A DNA stretch of 64,000 nt. It comes from Candidatus Eiseniibacteriota bacterium. GTDB lineage: Bacteria > Eisenbacteria > RBG-16-71-46. The DNA is taken from contig OY970342.1 in assembly GCA_963717505.1 (NCBI GenBank), positions 2,464,001 to 2,528,000 on the forward strand, written 5' to 3'. The translations under genes were made by a program, and so were the position numbers. The notes under the pieces are model-generated. The model saw only the letters and a list, made by a program, of their open reading frames with translations. It ran no database searches and was not told the DNA's origin. Positions 1 through 9,128 of the stretch are shown in pieces. Every line of letters starts with the position of its first letter. Within the stretch, counting starts at the first letter, position 1.

Positions 1-972
1 ACCTCGGGCTTCGTATGGGGCCGCGGCTGGGAGCACTTCACGCCGCCGGCGACGACGTTCGCGCTCGATGACCGCGTCACCCTGCGCGCGATCGACCTGG
101 CCACGGGACGCGTCGAAATGCTGCAGTCGTGGCCGACGATCGCCCATCGTCGGGCGGTTCCTTCGCGAGTACCGAGGCCGTTCGTTCCAGATCCTGAATT
201 CGGTGATACGCGCGGATATCGCCGGCGGCGTCGACTACACCATCGGGCTCTCGATCACGCGCATCGGGATCTCCGATCAATACTTCCTTTCGGGTCGCTG
301 GCACCCGGGGACTCCAACCCACGGAGGCTGGCACCCAGGGTGGTCGCCGCAGTCGACCAGTGAGCCCGTCTTGCACGGCGACAGCGAGGTCATGACGATC
401 CCCGGTCCGCGAGTCGTTTCCCGTCGGCCCTGGTGGTCTTCGATTCCGGCGGCGTGAGGACGAAGGCGGTTCGCGCCCAACGCGACGTTCGAGCGCCAGC
501 TATCCGGACGGCGTTCCACCGTCGTTTCTGGTAACGAGCGCTCGCGGCGTCCGGATCTCGAGCGAGCCGCCGAGGTCCAACGGGTCCATGACGAATGGGT
601 CGCCAAGTTTCGGCGGACGGCGCTGGCGAGAACGAGGCCCTGCTGCGCGCCGGCAAGGAAATGGAACGACTCGGCTACTACCCGCGCTCGGCCTACCTGG
701 TCGCGCGCGAGATTCGCTCCGAGGCTCGTGCGGACAGCGTCGGCCCGATGTTCGAGATCGCCGCCGAGGAATTCCAGGTCGGCCTGTTCCCGGACCTGGA
801 ACGCGCGATCGCGCATCCCGGTGAGGAAGTGGACGCCAGCATGGGCGGCTACATCGTCCATCGCGACTTCACGACCAGCGAGCGGCTGAATGCGTTCCTG
901 GAGCAGGGGGGACGGGTGTTCGAGGTGCGAACCGGCGGCCGGCGCTACGAAGTGACTCTGGTTCGTCCCTGA
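1..972 (+). CDS. Hypothetical protein, 5'-truncated and apparently split by frameshifts
   Basis: Frame 1 reads TSGFVWGRGWEHF...LQSWP. Plausible protein continues in another frame (SPIVGRFLREYRGRSFQ...) and then in ORF 595..972. No family recognised. Confidence 0.4.
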
Positions 973-988
973 GAAGCGCCGAGTCTGG

Positions 989-2278
989 TCAGGCGAGAAC
1001 CGCTTCGAGACTCCGCGGTACGCCCGCGGTCAGCACCTCGGGCTCGTCGCGCCGTACGCGGACGTTGTCCTCGATCCGGATGCCGCCGAACTCCTCGAGC
1101 TCGTCGACGCGCGACCAGACCACCGTGTCGCGATGCTCCGCGCGGCGCTCCGGATTGTTGAGCAACGCGGAAATGAAGTAGACGCCGGGCTCGACCGTGA
1201 TCACGTAGTCGAGTTCGAGCGGCAGATCGGTGCGCAGCATGCCCAGCCCGGGCCGCGTGCTGCGGATGCGTCCCGGGAGATAACCGCTGGCGTCGCGCAC
1301 GCCGAGCCCGACCAAATGCCCGAGCCCGTGCGGGTAGAACAGTGCGTGGGCGTCGCGCTCGACCAACTCTTCGGGGTGGCCGCGGAGGATTCCGAGGTCC
1401 ACGAGCCCGGCCGCGATCTCGTACGCTGATTTCATGTGGACGTCACGCCACTCGGCTCCGGGTACGCAGCGCGCGACCGCCCGTTCGTTGACGCCGAGCA
1501 CCAGCGCGTACAGCTCGCGGAAGAAGCCCGGATCGCCGCCGGCAGCGCGGTAGGTGCGCGTGACGTCGCTCGCGTAGCGCTGGACTTGCGCTCCGGCGTC
1601 GATCAGAACGCTGTCGCCTTCGCGGATCACGCGAGTACTCGGCGTGAAGTGGAGGACGGCCGAGTTGGATCCGGCGCCGACGATGGTGTGATACGCGGTA
1701 GCATCGCCGCCGTTTCGCTGGAACGTGGCCTCCAGTTCGATCTGGACGGCGCGCTCGGTGACCCCGGCCTGAATCATACGCTGGGCGGCTTCGAAACCGG
1801 CCGCGGTGGCGGCCGCCGCGCGGCGCATGCGTTCGAGCTCGACCGCATCCTTCGGTCGGCGCGCGTGCATGAGGATCTCGCGCAGCTCCAGGGCGCGCGC
1901 GGTGTCGCCCTGGATTCCCGGCAATGCGCAGCCGAGCGAAATGATCGGTTGCCCGCGGCGCGCTTCGAGCCAACCTGCCAGTTCGTCGAGCGGCGTACCC
2001 GGCGCCTCGGTGCGCCCTTCCCACACGCGTTCGGCCTCGGTCACCGGCGGAACGAAGTCGGTCCAGCCCGATTGGGGATCGAACGCGAGCACGCCGCCGG
2101 GAGTCTCGCGATCGGCGAGATAGAAGTACTCGGCATGACTCATGAACGGATAAACCTGGTCGGCGCCTCCGGGCACCGAGATCAGCTCGCCGGCGCCGAA
2201 CAGGACGACCTCGCGCTCGAGCTTCCAGGCGGCGGCGATGCGCTCACGGCGTCGTTTCAGGTAGTCGGTCATGCGCAT
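989..2278 (-). CDS. pepP: Xaa-Pro aminopeptidase/dipeptidase (M24B)
   Basis: N-terminal AMP_N-like region; metal-ligand motifs LIDAG, YASDVTRT, PHGLGHLVGL, TVEPGVY, GIRIEDNV. Confidence 0.9.
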   Translation of the reverse strand: MRMTDYLKRRRERIAAAWKLEREVVLFGAGELISVPGGADQVYPFMSHAEYFYLADRETPGGVLAFDPQSGWTDFVPPVTEAERVWEGRTEAPGTPLDELAGWLEARRGQPIISLGCALPGIQGDTARALELREILMHARRPKDAVELERMRRAAAATAAGFEAAQRMIQAGVTERAVQIELEATFQRNGGDATAYHTIVGAGSNSAVLHFTPSTRVIREGDSVLIDAGAQVQRYASDVTRTYRAAGGDPGFFRELYALVLGVNERAVARCVPGAEWRDVHMKSAYEIAAGLVDLGILRGHPEELVERDAHALFYPHGLGHLVGLGVRDASGYLPGRIRSTRPGLGMLRTDLPLELDYVITVEPGVYFISALLNNPERRAEHRDTVVWSRVDELEEFGGIRIEDNVRVRRDEPEVLTAGVPRSLEAVLA

Positions 2279-2281
2279 ACT

Positions 2282-3823
2282 CTAGCCGGTCGCGACGCGA
2301 TCGCGAAAACGCTGCAACCGGCCGCGATCGACCTTGCCCAGGTGCGTGCGTGGCAGGGCGTCGAGGAACACGACTTCGCGGGGGTGCTTGTAGGCGTCGA
2401 GCCGGGTGCGCACGAACTCGCGCAGCTCCTCGCCGAGCCCGTCGCGGCGCTCCTTGGCGACCACGAACGCCAGCGGCTTGACCAGCCCATTCGCATCCGC
2501 GACGCCGACCACCGCCGCCTCGCTCACCGCCGGGTGCTGGAGCAGGCAGCCCTCGACTTCGGCCGGGGCCAGCCACTTGCCGGCAACCTTGAGCAGCTCG
2601 TCGCCGCGGCCGCAGTAGGTGACGAAGCCGTCGGCGTCGCGGCGAATCAGGTCGCCCGAGACGTACCAGTCGCCGCGGAAGCCTTGCTGGGTCTTTTCCA
2701 TCTGCTGCCAGTAGGCGATCGCGCGCGCGCCGCCGCGCACCCACAGCCAGCCGGTCTCTCCGGGGGGCAGGTCGCGCCCGTCGTCGTCGCAGACTTTGAC
2801 CTCGAAGCCGGGAACGACCGTGCCGAGTGTCCCCGGACGCGCGGCACCCGGACGGTTCGAGATGAAGATGTGCCACATCTCGGCGGTGCCGAGGCCGTCG
2901 AGCAGATCGACGCCGAAGGTCTCGCGCCAGCGCTCGTGCAGCTCGACCGGCAGCGCTTCGCCCGCCGAGGTGCACACCCGCAGCGAGGACAAGTCCTGCG
3001 CCTTGGCGTCGGGGTGGGACACCATCTTGTGGATCATGGTCGGAACGTTGATCAGGATGGTCGGCCGGAACCGCCGGATACGCTCGAACACGACGTCGGC
3101 GGTGACCGGCTCGGGAAACAACGCCGAGGCGCCGCCGGCCGCAAACGGAAACAGCAGGTTCGAGCCGGTCGCGTACCCGAAGTAGAGCTTGGGGATCGAC
3201 ATCGTGACGTCGTCACGCGAGTAGCCGATCACCTGCCGGGCGTAGCAGTCATTCGTAAAGGCGAACGAGCGGTGCGTCTGGACGACGGCTTTCGGGCGGC
3301 CGGTGGTGCCGCCGGAGAAGAGCCAGATGGCGGCATCGTCCCGATGGGAGGGGAAGGTCTCGAAGTCGGGCGAGGACGCGGCGAGCTTGTCGTCGGTCTC
3401 GCGCTCGCCGATCACCAGGATCGCCTTCACGAAACGCGATCCGTCCGCCGCCTCGCGGAACGTAGCGGCCGTGTCGCGGTGAGCGACGACAACGCGCGCG
3501 CGCGAGTAGTCGAGCAGGTGACGGAGGTCGGAGGCCGGCAGCGCCGGATTCACCATCACGACCACCGCGCCGAGCTCGAGCGTGCCGAACAGCGCGCCGA
3601 CGAACTCGGGGCCGTCCGGCAGCGCGATCAGCACGCGCTGCTCGGGTTCCGCGCCGGATGCGGCGAGCAGGTTCGCGAAGCGGTGGGCCAATGCCTGGAC
3701 ATCGGCGTAGCTCAAAGTGCCGCCGTCGGTGCGCAGGGCGGCGCGCTCGCCGAGTCCTTCGCGCACTCGGGCATCGAGGAACCAGTCGGCGACGTTCAAC
3801 TGTTCCGGCGGATCGAAGCTCAT
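2282..3823 (-). CDS. Benzoate/2-aminobenzoate-CoA ligase family (AMP-binding)
   Basis: Start reassigned to MSFDPPEQLN (ATG at 3823). Motifs FSGGTTGRPK, PKLYFGYATG, SAGEALP, DGLGTAE, SGD..RRD, PRTHLGK. Adjacent to the anthraniloyl-CoA monooxygenase cluster. Confidence 0.85.
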   Translation of the reverse strand: MSFDPPEQLNVADWFLDARVREGLGERAALRTDGGTLSYADVQALAHRFANLLAASGAEPEQRVLIALPDGPEFVGALFGTLELGAVVVMVNPALPASDLRHLLDYSRARVVVAHRDTAATFREAADGSRFVKAILVIGERETDDKLAASSPDFETFPSHRDDAAIWLFSGGTTGRPKAVVQTHRSFAFTNDCYARQVIGYSRDDVTMSIPKLYFGYATGSNLLFPFAAGGASALFPEPVTADVVFERIRRFRPTILINVPTMIHKMVSHPDAKAQDLSSLRVCTSAGEALPVELHERWRETFGVDLLDGLGTAEMWHIFISNRPGAARPGTLGTVVPGFEVKVCDDDGRDLPPGETGWLWVRGGARAIAYWQQMEKTQQGFRGDWYVSGDLIRRDADGFVTYCGRGDELLKVAGKWLAPAEVEGCLLQHPAVSEAAVVGVADANGLVKPLAFVVAKERRDGLGEELREFVRTRLDAYKHPREVVFLDALPRTHLGKVDRGRLQRFRDRVATG

Positions 3824-3838
3824 GGTAGGTTGCGCATC

Positions 3839-5098
3839 ATGGACGCGCGATTCCGAGGTGGCAACTCCGGAAGGGCCAACGCGGTCGGTAGCGGAGTCGG
3901 CGCTTCGACGGGGGCTCCGGCGCGTTTCGGCCGGGACCTGCTGAAACTCTGGCCGCTGGACCCGAACATCATCTACCTGAATCACGGCACGGTCGGCGCG
4001 CCACCGCGTCGCGTGCTCGAGGCGCAGCAGCGGATCCGCGACGAAATGGTGCGGCAGCCCTCGCGATTCCTGTTGCGCGAGCTGACGCTGATCGGGGCCG
4101 GAGCCCACCGACCCGCCCTGCCGCGGATGCGGGCGGCGGCGGGTGAGGTCGCCGGTTTCGTCGGCGCACGCGCCGACGATCTGGTGTTCGTCGACAACGC
4201 GACCACCGGCGCCAACGCCGTGCTGCGCTCGTTCGACCTGCGGGCCGGCGACGAGATCCTGATGCTCGAAGGCTGCTACGGCGCAGTCCTCAATACGGCT
4301 CGCTACGTGTCACGGATGCGCCAGGCCGAGGTGCGCATCGTCGAGTTGCCGTACCCGCTGGATGGACCGGACGCGATCACGCGCGCGTTCACCAGCGCGC
4401 TCGGACCCAGGACACGCATTGCCGTGATCGACCACATCATGTCGGAGAGCGCGTTACTGCTGCCGGTCGCCGAGATCGCGGCGGCCTGTCGGGCCCGAGG
4501 TGTGCCGCTGTTGGTCGATGGCGCTCATGCACCCGGCGCGATTGCGTTGGACATTCCGTCTCTGGGCGTGGATTGGTACACGGGAAACTTGCACAAATGG
4601 GCGCAGTCACCACATACGTCGGCGATTCTGTGGGTGTCGCCCGAGCGTCAGAAAGACATGCATCCGGTGGTCATTTCGTGGGGACTCGATCAAGGTTTCA
4701 CGACGGAATTCGATCTGGTCGGCACCCGCGACCCCTCGGCGCATCTCGCCGCACCCGAAGGCATCGCGTTCATGCGCGAGCTGGGCGTGCGCGAGATGCA
4801 GGCTTACAACCATGCGCTGGCCTGGGAGTCGGGCAAGCTGCTGACGCGGCGGTTCGAAACCGAGATCGGAAAGCCGGAGAGTATGGTCGGCACCATGATC
4901 ACGATTCCGCTACCCGAGCGCGCTGGGCGCACGCGCGAGCAGGCTGCGACCCTGCGCGATGCCCTGCTGTTCGAGGATCGGATCGAGGTCCCGATCCACG
5001 CCTGGCGCGAGCGGTTGTGGGTGCGGGTGTCGGCGCAGGTCTACAACGACCTGCGCGACGTCGAGCGATTGGCGGAAGCGCTGGCGGCAAGGGTTTGA
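3839..5098 (+). CDS. PLP-dependent class V aminotransferase-fold enzyme (isopenicillin N epimerase/cysteine desulfhydrase/EgtE-like)
   Basis: Only the C-terminal part of ORF 1436..5098 is real: YLNHGTVG, NATTG, VDGAHAPG, GNLHKW (PLP Lys), GTRD, RVSAQVYN. Start uncertain. Confidence 0.8.
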   Translation: MDARFRGGNSGRANAVGSGVGASTGAPARFGRDLLKLWPLDPNIIYLNHGTVGAPPRRVLEAQQRIRDEMVRQPSRFLLRELTLIGAGAHRPALPRMRAAAGEVAGFVGARADDLVFVDNATTGANAVLRSFDLRAGDEILMLEGCYGAVLNTARYVSRMRQAEVRIVELPYPLDGPDAITRAFTSALGPRTRIAVIDHIMSESALLLPVAEIAAACRARGVPLLVDGAHAPGAIALDIPSLGVDWYTGNLHKWAQSPHTSAILWVSPERQKDMHPVVISWGLDQGFTTEFDLVGTRDPSAHLAAPEGIAFMRELGVREMQAYNHALAWESGKLLTRRFETEIGKPESMVGTMITIPLPERAGRTREQAATLRDALLFEDRIEVPIHAWRERLWVRVSAQVYNDLRDVERLAEALAARV

Positions 5099-5216
5099 GC
5101 GACGGGTGGTCCTGGGCTGATACCGAAGAAACAAGGACCAGGCCGTCCCCGGCGAATCCGCGTCGTTTGAAGTGGGATTTCGTCGCGGCGGCTCCGAGAC
5201 GCTAGTCTGGACCGCC

Positions 5217-5987
5217 ATGAGCGCTCCCCAACTCGCCGAACTCACTTGGGAAGAGGTGCGCGATCTCGACCACGCGCGGACCGTGGCGATTCTGCCGGTC
5301 GGCGCGATCGAGGCGCATGGCCCTCATCTGCCGATCGGCACCGACGTCGTGATCGCGAACGCCATGGCGCGCGCCGCGGCCGAAAAGCTTGCGGGCGAGG
5401 GTCGGAAAGCCGTGCTCCTGCCGGCGCTGCACTACACGGCAGCGCCTTTCGGGGCCGCATTCCCCGGAACGATTTCTGTGGCTCCTGCGACGGTCACCGC
5501 TCTGGCTCTGGACATCGCCCGAGAGCTGACGCGACACGGCTTCGCGATCCTGGCCATCGCGAATCCCCATCTCGATCCCACGCATCTCGGGGCGTTGAAC
5601 GACGCAGTCGCGCGCGCGCGCGAGGAGAAACTGCTTCCTGTCGCTTTCCCCGACCTGACCCGCAAGCCGTGGGCCGGACGGTTGACCGAGGAGTTCCAAA
5701 GTGGCGCCTGCCACGCCGGACGTTTCGAGGGCTCGATCGTGATGGCGGAACGTCCGGATCTGGTGCGCAAGGCGATCGCGAGCGGGTTGGCGCCGAATCC
5801 ATCATCGCTTTCGGACGCGATTCGCCGGGGGGATCGCACATTCGAGGCGGCCGGCGGACCGCGCGCATATTTCGGCGCGCCCGCCGAGGCGACGATCGAG
5901 GAAGGTCGAGCGTCGATCGCGATACTCGGCGCGATTCTGGCCGAGTCGGTGCTGATCACGATGTCCGGCGCCGAGGCGCGACCGTGA
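5217..5987 (+). CDS. Creatininase-family amidohydrolase (creatinine amidohydrolase / Fe(II) formamide hydrolase family)
   Basis: LTWEEV, PVGAIEAHGPHLPIGTD, CHAGRFEGS motifs. TGA overlaps the next GTG. Confidence 0.85.
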   Translation: MSAPQLAELTWEEVRDLDHARTVAILPVGAIEAHGPHLPIGTDVVIANAMARAAAEKLAGEGRKAVLLPALHYTAAPFGAAFPGTISVAPATVTALALDIARELTRHGFAILAIANPHLDPTHLGALNDAVARAREEKLLPVAFPDLTRKPWAGRLTEEFQSGACHAGRFEGSIVMAERPDLVRKAIASGLAPNPSSLSDAIRRGDRTFEAAGGPRAYFGAPAEATIEEGRASIAILGAILAESVLITMSGAEARP

Positions 5988-7171
5988 CCCTGCTGCTCGC
6001 CGGGCGCGCGGCGGTGGTCACCGGCGGCGGACGCGGAGTCGGCGCCGCGATTGCGGGAGCGTTGGCCGGCGCTGGGGCCCGCGTGGTGGTCGCGGCGCGC
6101 ACCGCGAGCGAGGTCGAGAGCGTAGCCTCGACGATGCGCGCCGAGGGCGCCCAGATCTGGGCGACGACCTGCGACGTCTCGGACGAGGCCAGCGTGCGGG
6201 TACTGGGAGAGACCGCGCGCAAACATGCCGGGAGCATCGACATTCTCGTGAACAATGCCGGGACCGCGGCGTCGGCGCCGCTCGCGCGCATCGGCCTCGA
6301 CGACTGGAACGCCATGTTCGCGGTCAACGCGACCGGCACGTTCCTGTGCAGCCGCGAGTTCGTGCCCGACATGGTCGCGCGCGGCCGCGGCCGGGTGGTC
6401 AACATCGCTTCGATCGCCGGCCTCGAAGGCGGCCGCTACATCGCGCACTACAGCGCCGCCAAGCATGCGGTGGTCGGCTTCACGCGCTCGCTGGCGCACG
6501 AAGTCGCCGGCACCGGCGTCACCGTCAACGCGGTCTGTCCCGGCTACGTCGACACCTCGATCACGACGCGCTCGATCGACCACGTGGTCGCCCGGACTGG
6601 CCGGTCGCGCGACGAGGCGCTGGCCGCCATACTGGCGACCACCGGCCAGTCGCGGTTGATCGCGCCGGGCGAGGTGGCCGAGGCGGTGCTCGCGTTGTGC
6701 GGCGACCGGGCGTCGGAGATCAACGGCAGAACGCAGGTGCTCGAGGGGGTCGTGGGCGAAAGCGGATTCGAGATCGTGAACCCGGCGGAACTGGGCGAAC
6801 CCAAAGGCTGGAGCAATGGCATGCTGGCGCCGGCGCGCGGCCGCTTGCTGCTGATCGCCGGGCAAACCGGCTTGCCGGCGCAAGGCGCCGCCGCAGCGCC
6901 GCCGTTCGTCGAACAATTCGCGCGCGCGCTCGATCGCGTACTGGCGGTGGTGCGCGAGGCCGGCGGCCGTCCGGTCGACATCGGGCGCATGACCGTGTAC
7001 GTCACCGACCTGGCCGCCTACGTCGACAGTCGCAAGGCGCTGGCCGTGGTATGGCGCGAGCGATTCGGGAAGCACTACCCGGCGATGGCGCTGCTCGAGG
7101 TCCGCGGACTGGTCGACGCCGGAGCCCAGGTCGAAATCGAGGCGACGGCGGTGATCGGGGGGAGCGGCTAG
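5984..7171 (+). CDS. Fusion of short-chain dehydrogenase/reductase (3-hydroxyacyl-CoA DH-like) and RidA/YjgF domain
   Basis: TGGGRGVG, NNAG, YSAAK, NAVCPG, followed in frame by VNPAELGEPKGWSNG...AGQ...FGKHYPAMALLEV..LV...VEIEATA (RidA). Confidence 0.85.
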   Translation: MTLLLAGRAAVVTGGGRGVGAAIAGALAGAGARVVVAARTASEVESVASTMRAEGAQIWATTCDVSDEASVRVLGETARKHAGSIDILVNNAGTAASAPLARIGLDDWNAMFAVNATGTFLCSREFVPDMVARGRGRVVNIASIAGLEGGRYIAHYSAAKHAVVGFTRSLAHEVAGTGVTVNAVCPGYVDTSITTRSIDHVVARTGRSRDEALAAILATTGQSRLIAPGEVAEAVLALCGDRASEINGRTQVLEGVVGESGFEIVNPAELGEPKGWSNGMLAPARGRLLLIAGQTGLPAQGAAAAPPFVEQFARALDRVLAVVREAGGRPVDIGRMTVYVTDLAAYVDSRKALAVVWRERFGKHYPAMALLEVRGLVDAGAQVEIEATAVIGGSG

Positions 7172-7974
7172 TGCCGATCGCACCGAAGTCGTTCCTCTAT
7201 TCAGTCGACTCGGCGAGTGGCGTTGCGACCATCACTCTTAACCGCCCCGAGCGCCTGAACGCCCTGACGTTCGAGGTCTACGGCGAGTTGCGCGACACGT
7301 TCCGCGCACTCGACACCGAGCCCGGCGTTCGCGCGATCGTCATCACCGGCGCGGGTCGCGGCTTCTGCTCGGGCGGCGATGTCGAGGACATCATCGGCGC
7401 ACTGTTCGGACGAGACTCCGCAGGGCTCCTCGCATTCACCCAAATGACCTGCGACCTGGTGCTCGCGATCCGGCATTGCTCGCGGCCGGTAATTGCGGCG
7501 CTCAACGGCACGGTGGCCGGCGCCGGTGCGGTGATCGCCACCGCCTGCGACTTCCGGATTGCCGCCGAGTCGGCGAAGATCGCGTTCCTGTTCGTGCGCG
7601 TCGGACTCTCGGGCGCCGACATGGGAGCCTCGTGGCTGCTGCCGCGCATCGTGGGGCTGGGACATGCGACCGAGCTGTTGATGACCGGGGAATTCATCGA
7701 CGCGAAACGTGCGGCCGAGATCGGGCTCTACCATCGCGTGGTGGCTCAGGACCGGGTGGTGGCCGACGCCACGGAATTCGCGGCCCGCCTGGCGCGCGGT
7801 CCGCTCGCGGCACTCGCGGTGACCAAGCAGGCATTGGAACTCGAGGCCGACATGACCCTCGCCGACGCGCTGGCCCACGAGGCTCGTGTCCAGGCCGAGC
7901 TGATGGAGCATCCCGACTACCGCGAGGCCTACGAGGCGTTTCGCGCCAAGCGCGAGCCGAGGTTCGCGCGGTGA
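7171..7974 (+). CDS. Enoyl-CoA hydratase/isomerase
   Basis: [44 protein letters not shown] start overlaps the upstream TAG. Confidence 0.9.
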   Translation: MPIAPKSFLYSVDSASGVATITLNRPERLNALTFEVYGELRDTFRALDTEPGVRAIVITGAGRGFCSGGDVEDIIGALFGRDSAGLLAFTQMTCDLVLAIRHCSRPVIAALNGTVAGAGAVIATACDFRIAAESAKIAFLFVRVGLSGADMGASWLLPRIVGLGHATELLMTGEFIDAKRAAEIGLYHRVVAQDRVVADATEFAARLARGPLAALAVTKQALELEADMTLADALAHEARVQAELMEHPDYREAYEAFRAKREPRFAR

Positions 7975-9128
7975 TGCGTATTCCCGACGCCGCGCCGATT
8001 CGCGCGCTGCTCGACCCGGCGCACGTTGCGTTCGCCGGCAAGGTCGGCGCCTTCGCGGCACGCGAAATTTCGAGCCTGCCGGCGCCCGAGAGCGACGACG
8101 CAGCCCGGCGCACCGCGCGCGAGCTGGTCTCGCGGCTCGGCGGCGCCGGGTGGTTCGAGCCGATCCGCCGGCAGGACTGGCGTGCCTGCTGCCTGACGCG
8201 CGAGGCGCTGGCCGCCGCACTGCCGCTCGCCGACGCCGTGTTCGCGCTTCAGGGGTTGGGTTCCCTGCCGATCTTCGCCGCGGGCAGCAACGAATTGCGG
8301 ACAGGCTGGGCCGACGCGGCGATCGAAGGCCGCGCCATGGCCGCCTTCGCAATGACCGAGCGCGACGCGGGCTCCGACGTCGCCGCGATGGCGACCACCG
8401 CGCGGCGCGACGGCGATCACTACGTGCTCGATGGCACCAAGACCTACATCTCGAATGCCGGCATCGCCGACTTCTACACCGTGTTCGCCAAGACCGATCC
8501 CGCCGCCGGCAGCCGCGGCGTCTCTTGCTTCGTGGTGCCGGCCGACACGCCGGGATTGCGTTTCGTCCGGCCGCTGGTGCTCTCGGCGCCGCATCCGCTG
8601 GGCGAGATCGCTTTCGAAGGTTGCCGGGTGCCGGCGGCGAATCGATTGGGCGAGGAGGGCAAAGGATTCGGACTCGGACTCAAGGTGCTCGATCGCATGC
8701 GCGCCACCGTGGGTGCGGCCGCGTGCGGCATGGCCGCGCGCGGATTGTCCGAAGCGCTCGACTACGCTCGCGCTCGAAGGCAATTCGGCAAGCCGATCGC
8801 CGAGTTCCAACTGGTGCAGGAGAAGCTGTCGCGCATGGCGACCGAGCTGACCGCGGCGCGCCTCATGGTCTATCGGGCGGCGTGGGCGGCCGACGGCGGC
8901 GCCGAGCGAGTGACCCTCGAGGCAGCGATGGCCAAGAGCTTCGCGACCGAGGCGGCGCAGCGCATCGTCGACGACGCGGTCCAGGTGCTGGGTGGGGTGG
9001 GACTCATGGCGTCGCACCCGGTCGACCACCTCTATCGCGCGGTGCGCGCGCTCCGCATCTACGAAGGCACGACCGAGATCCAGCACCTGGTGATCGCCGG
9101 GCAACTCTTGAAGGAGGCCGAGGCGTGA
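7974..9128 (+). CDS. Acyl-CoA dehydrogenase
   Basis: [47 protein letters not shown]. Confidence 0.92.
   Translation: MRIPDAAPIRALLDPAHVAFAGKVGAFAAREISSLPAPESDDAARRTARELVSRLGGAGWFEPIRRQDWRACCLTREALAAALPLADAVFALQGLGSLPIFAAGSNELRTGWADAAIEGRAMAAFAMTERDAGSDVAAMATTARRDGDHYVLDGTKTYISNAGIADFYTVFAKTDPAAGSRGVSCFVVPADTPGLRFVRPLVLSAPHPLGEIAFEGCRVPAANRLGEEGKGFGLGLKVLDRMRATVGAAACGMAARGLSEALDYARARRQFGKPIAEFQLVQEKLSRMATELTAARLMVYRAAWAADGGAERVTLEAAMAKSFATEAAQRIVDDAVQVLGGVGLMASHPVDHLYRAVRALRIYEGTTEIQHLVIAGQLLKEAEA

Noticed and set aside
1436-3838. Apparent 1220-aa ORF 1436..5098
   Set aside because: The first ~800 codons are the antisense shadow of pepP and the CoA ligase; only the PLP-enzyme part from about 3839 has motifs.
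3839-5098. Beta-lactam biosynthesis implied by isopenicillin N epimerase similarity
   Set aside because: No ACV synthetase, IPNS or expandase in the window; the family is broad.
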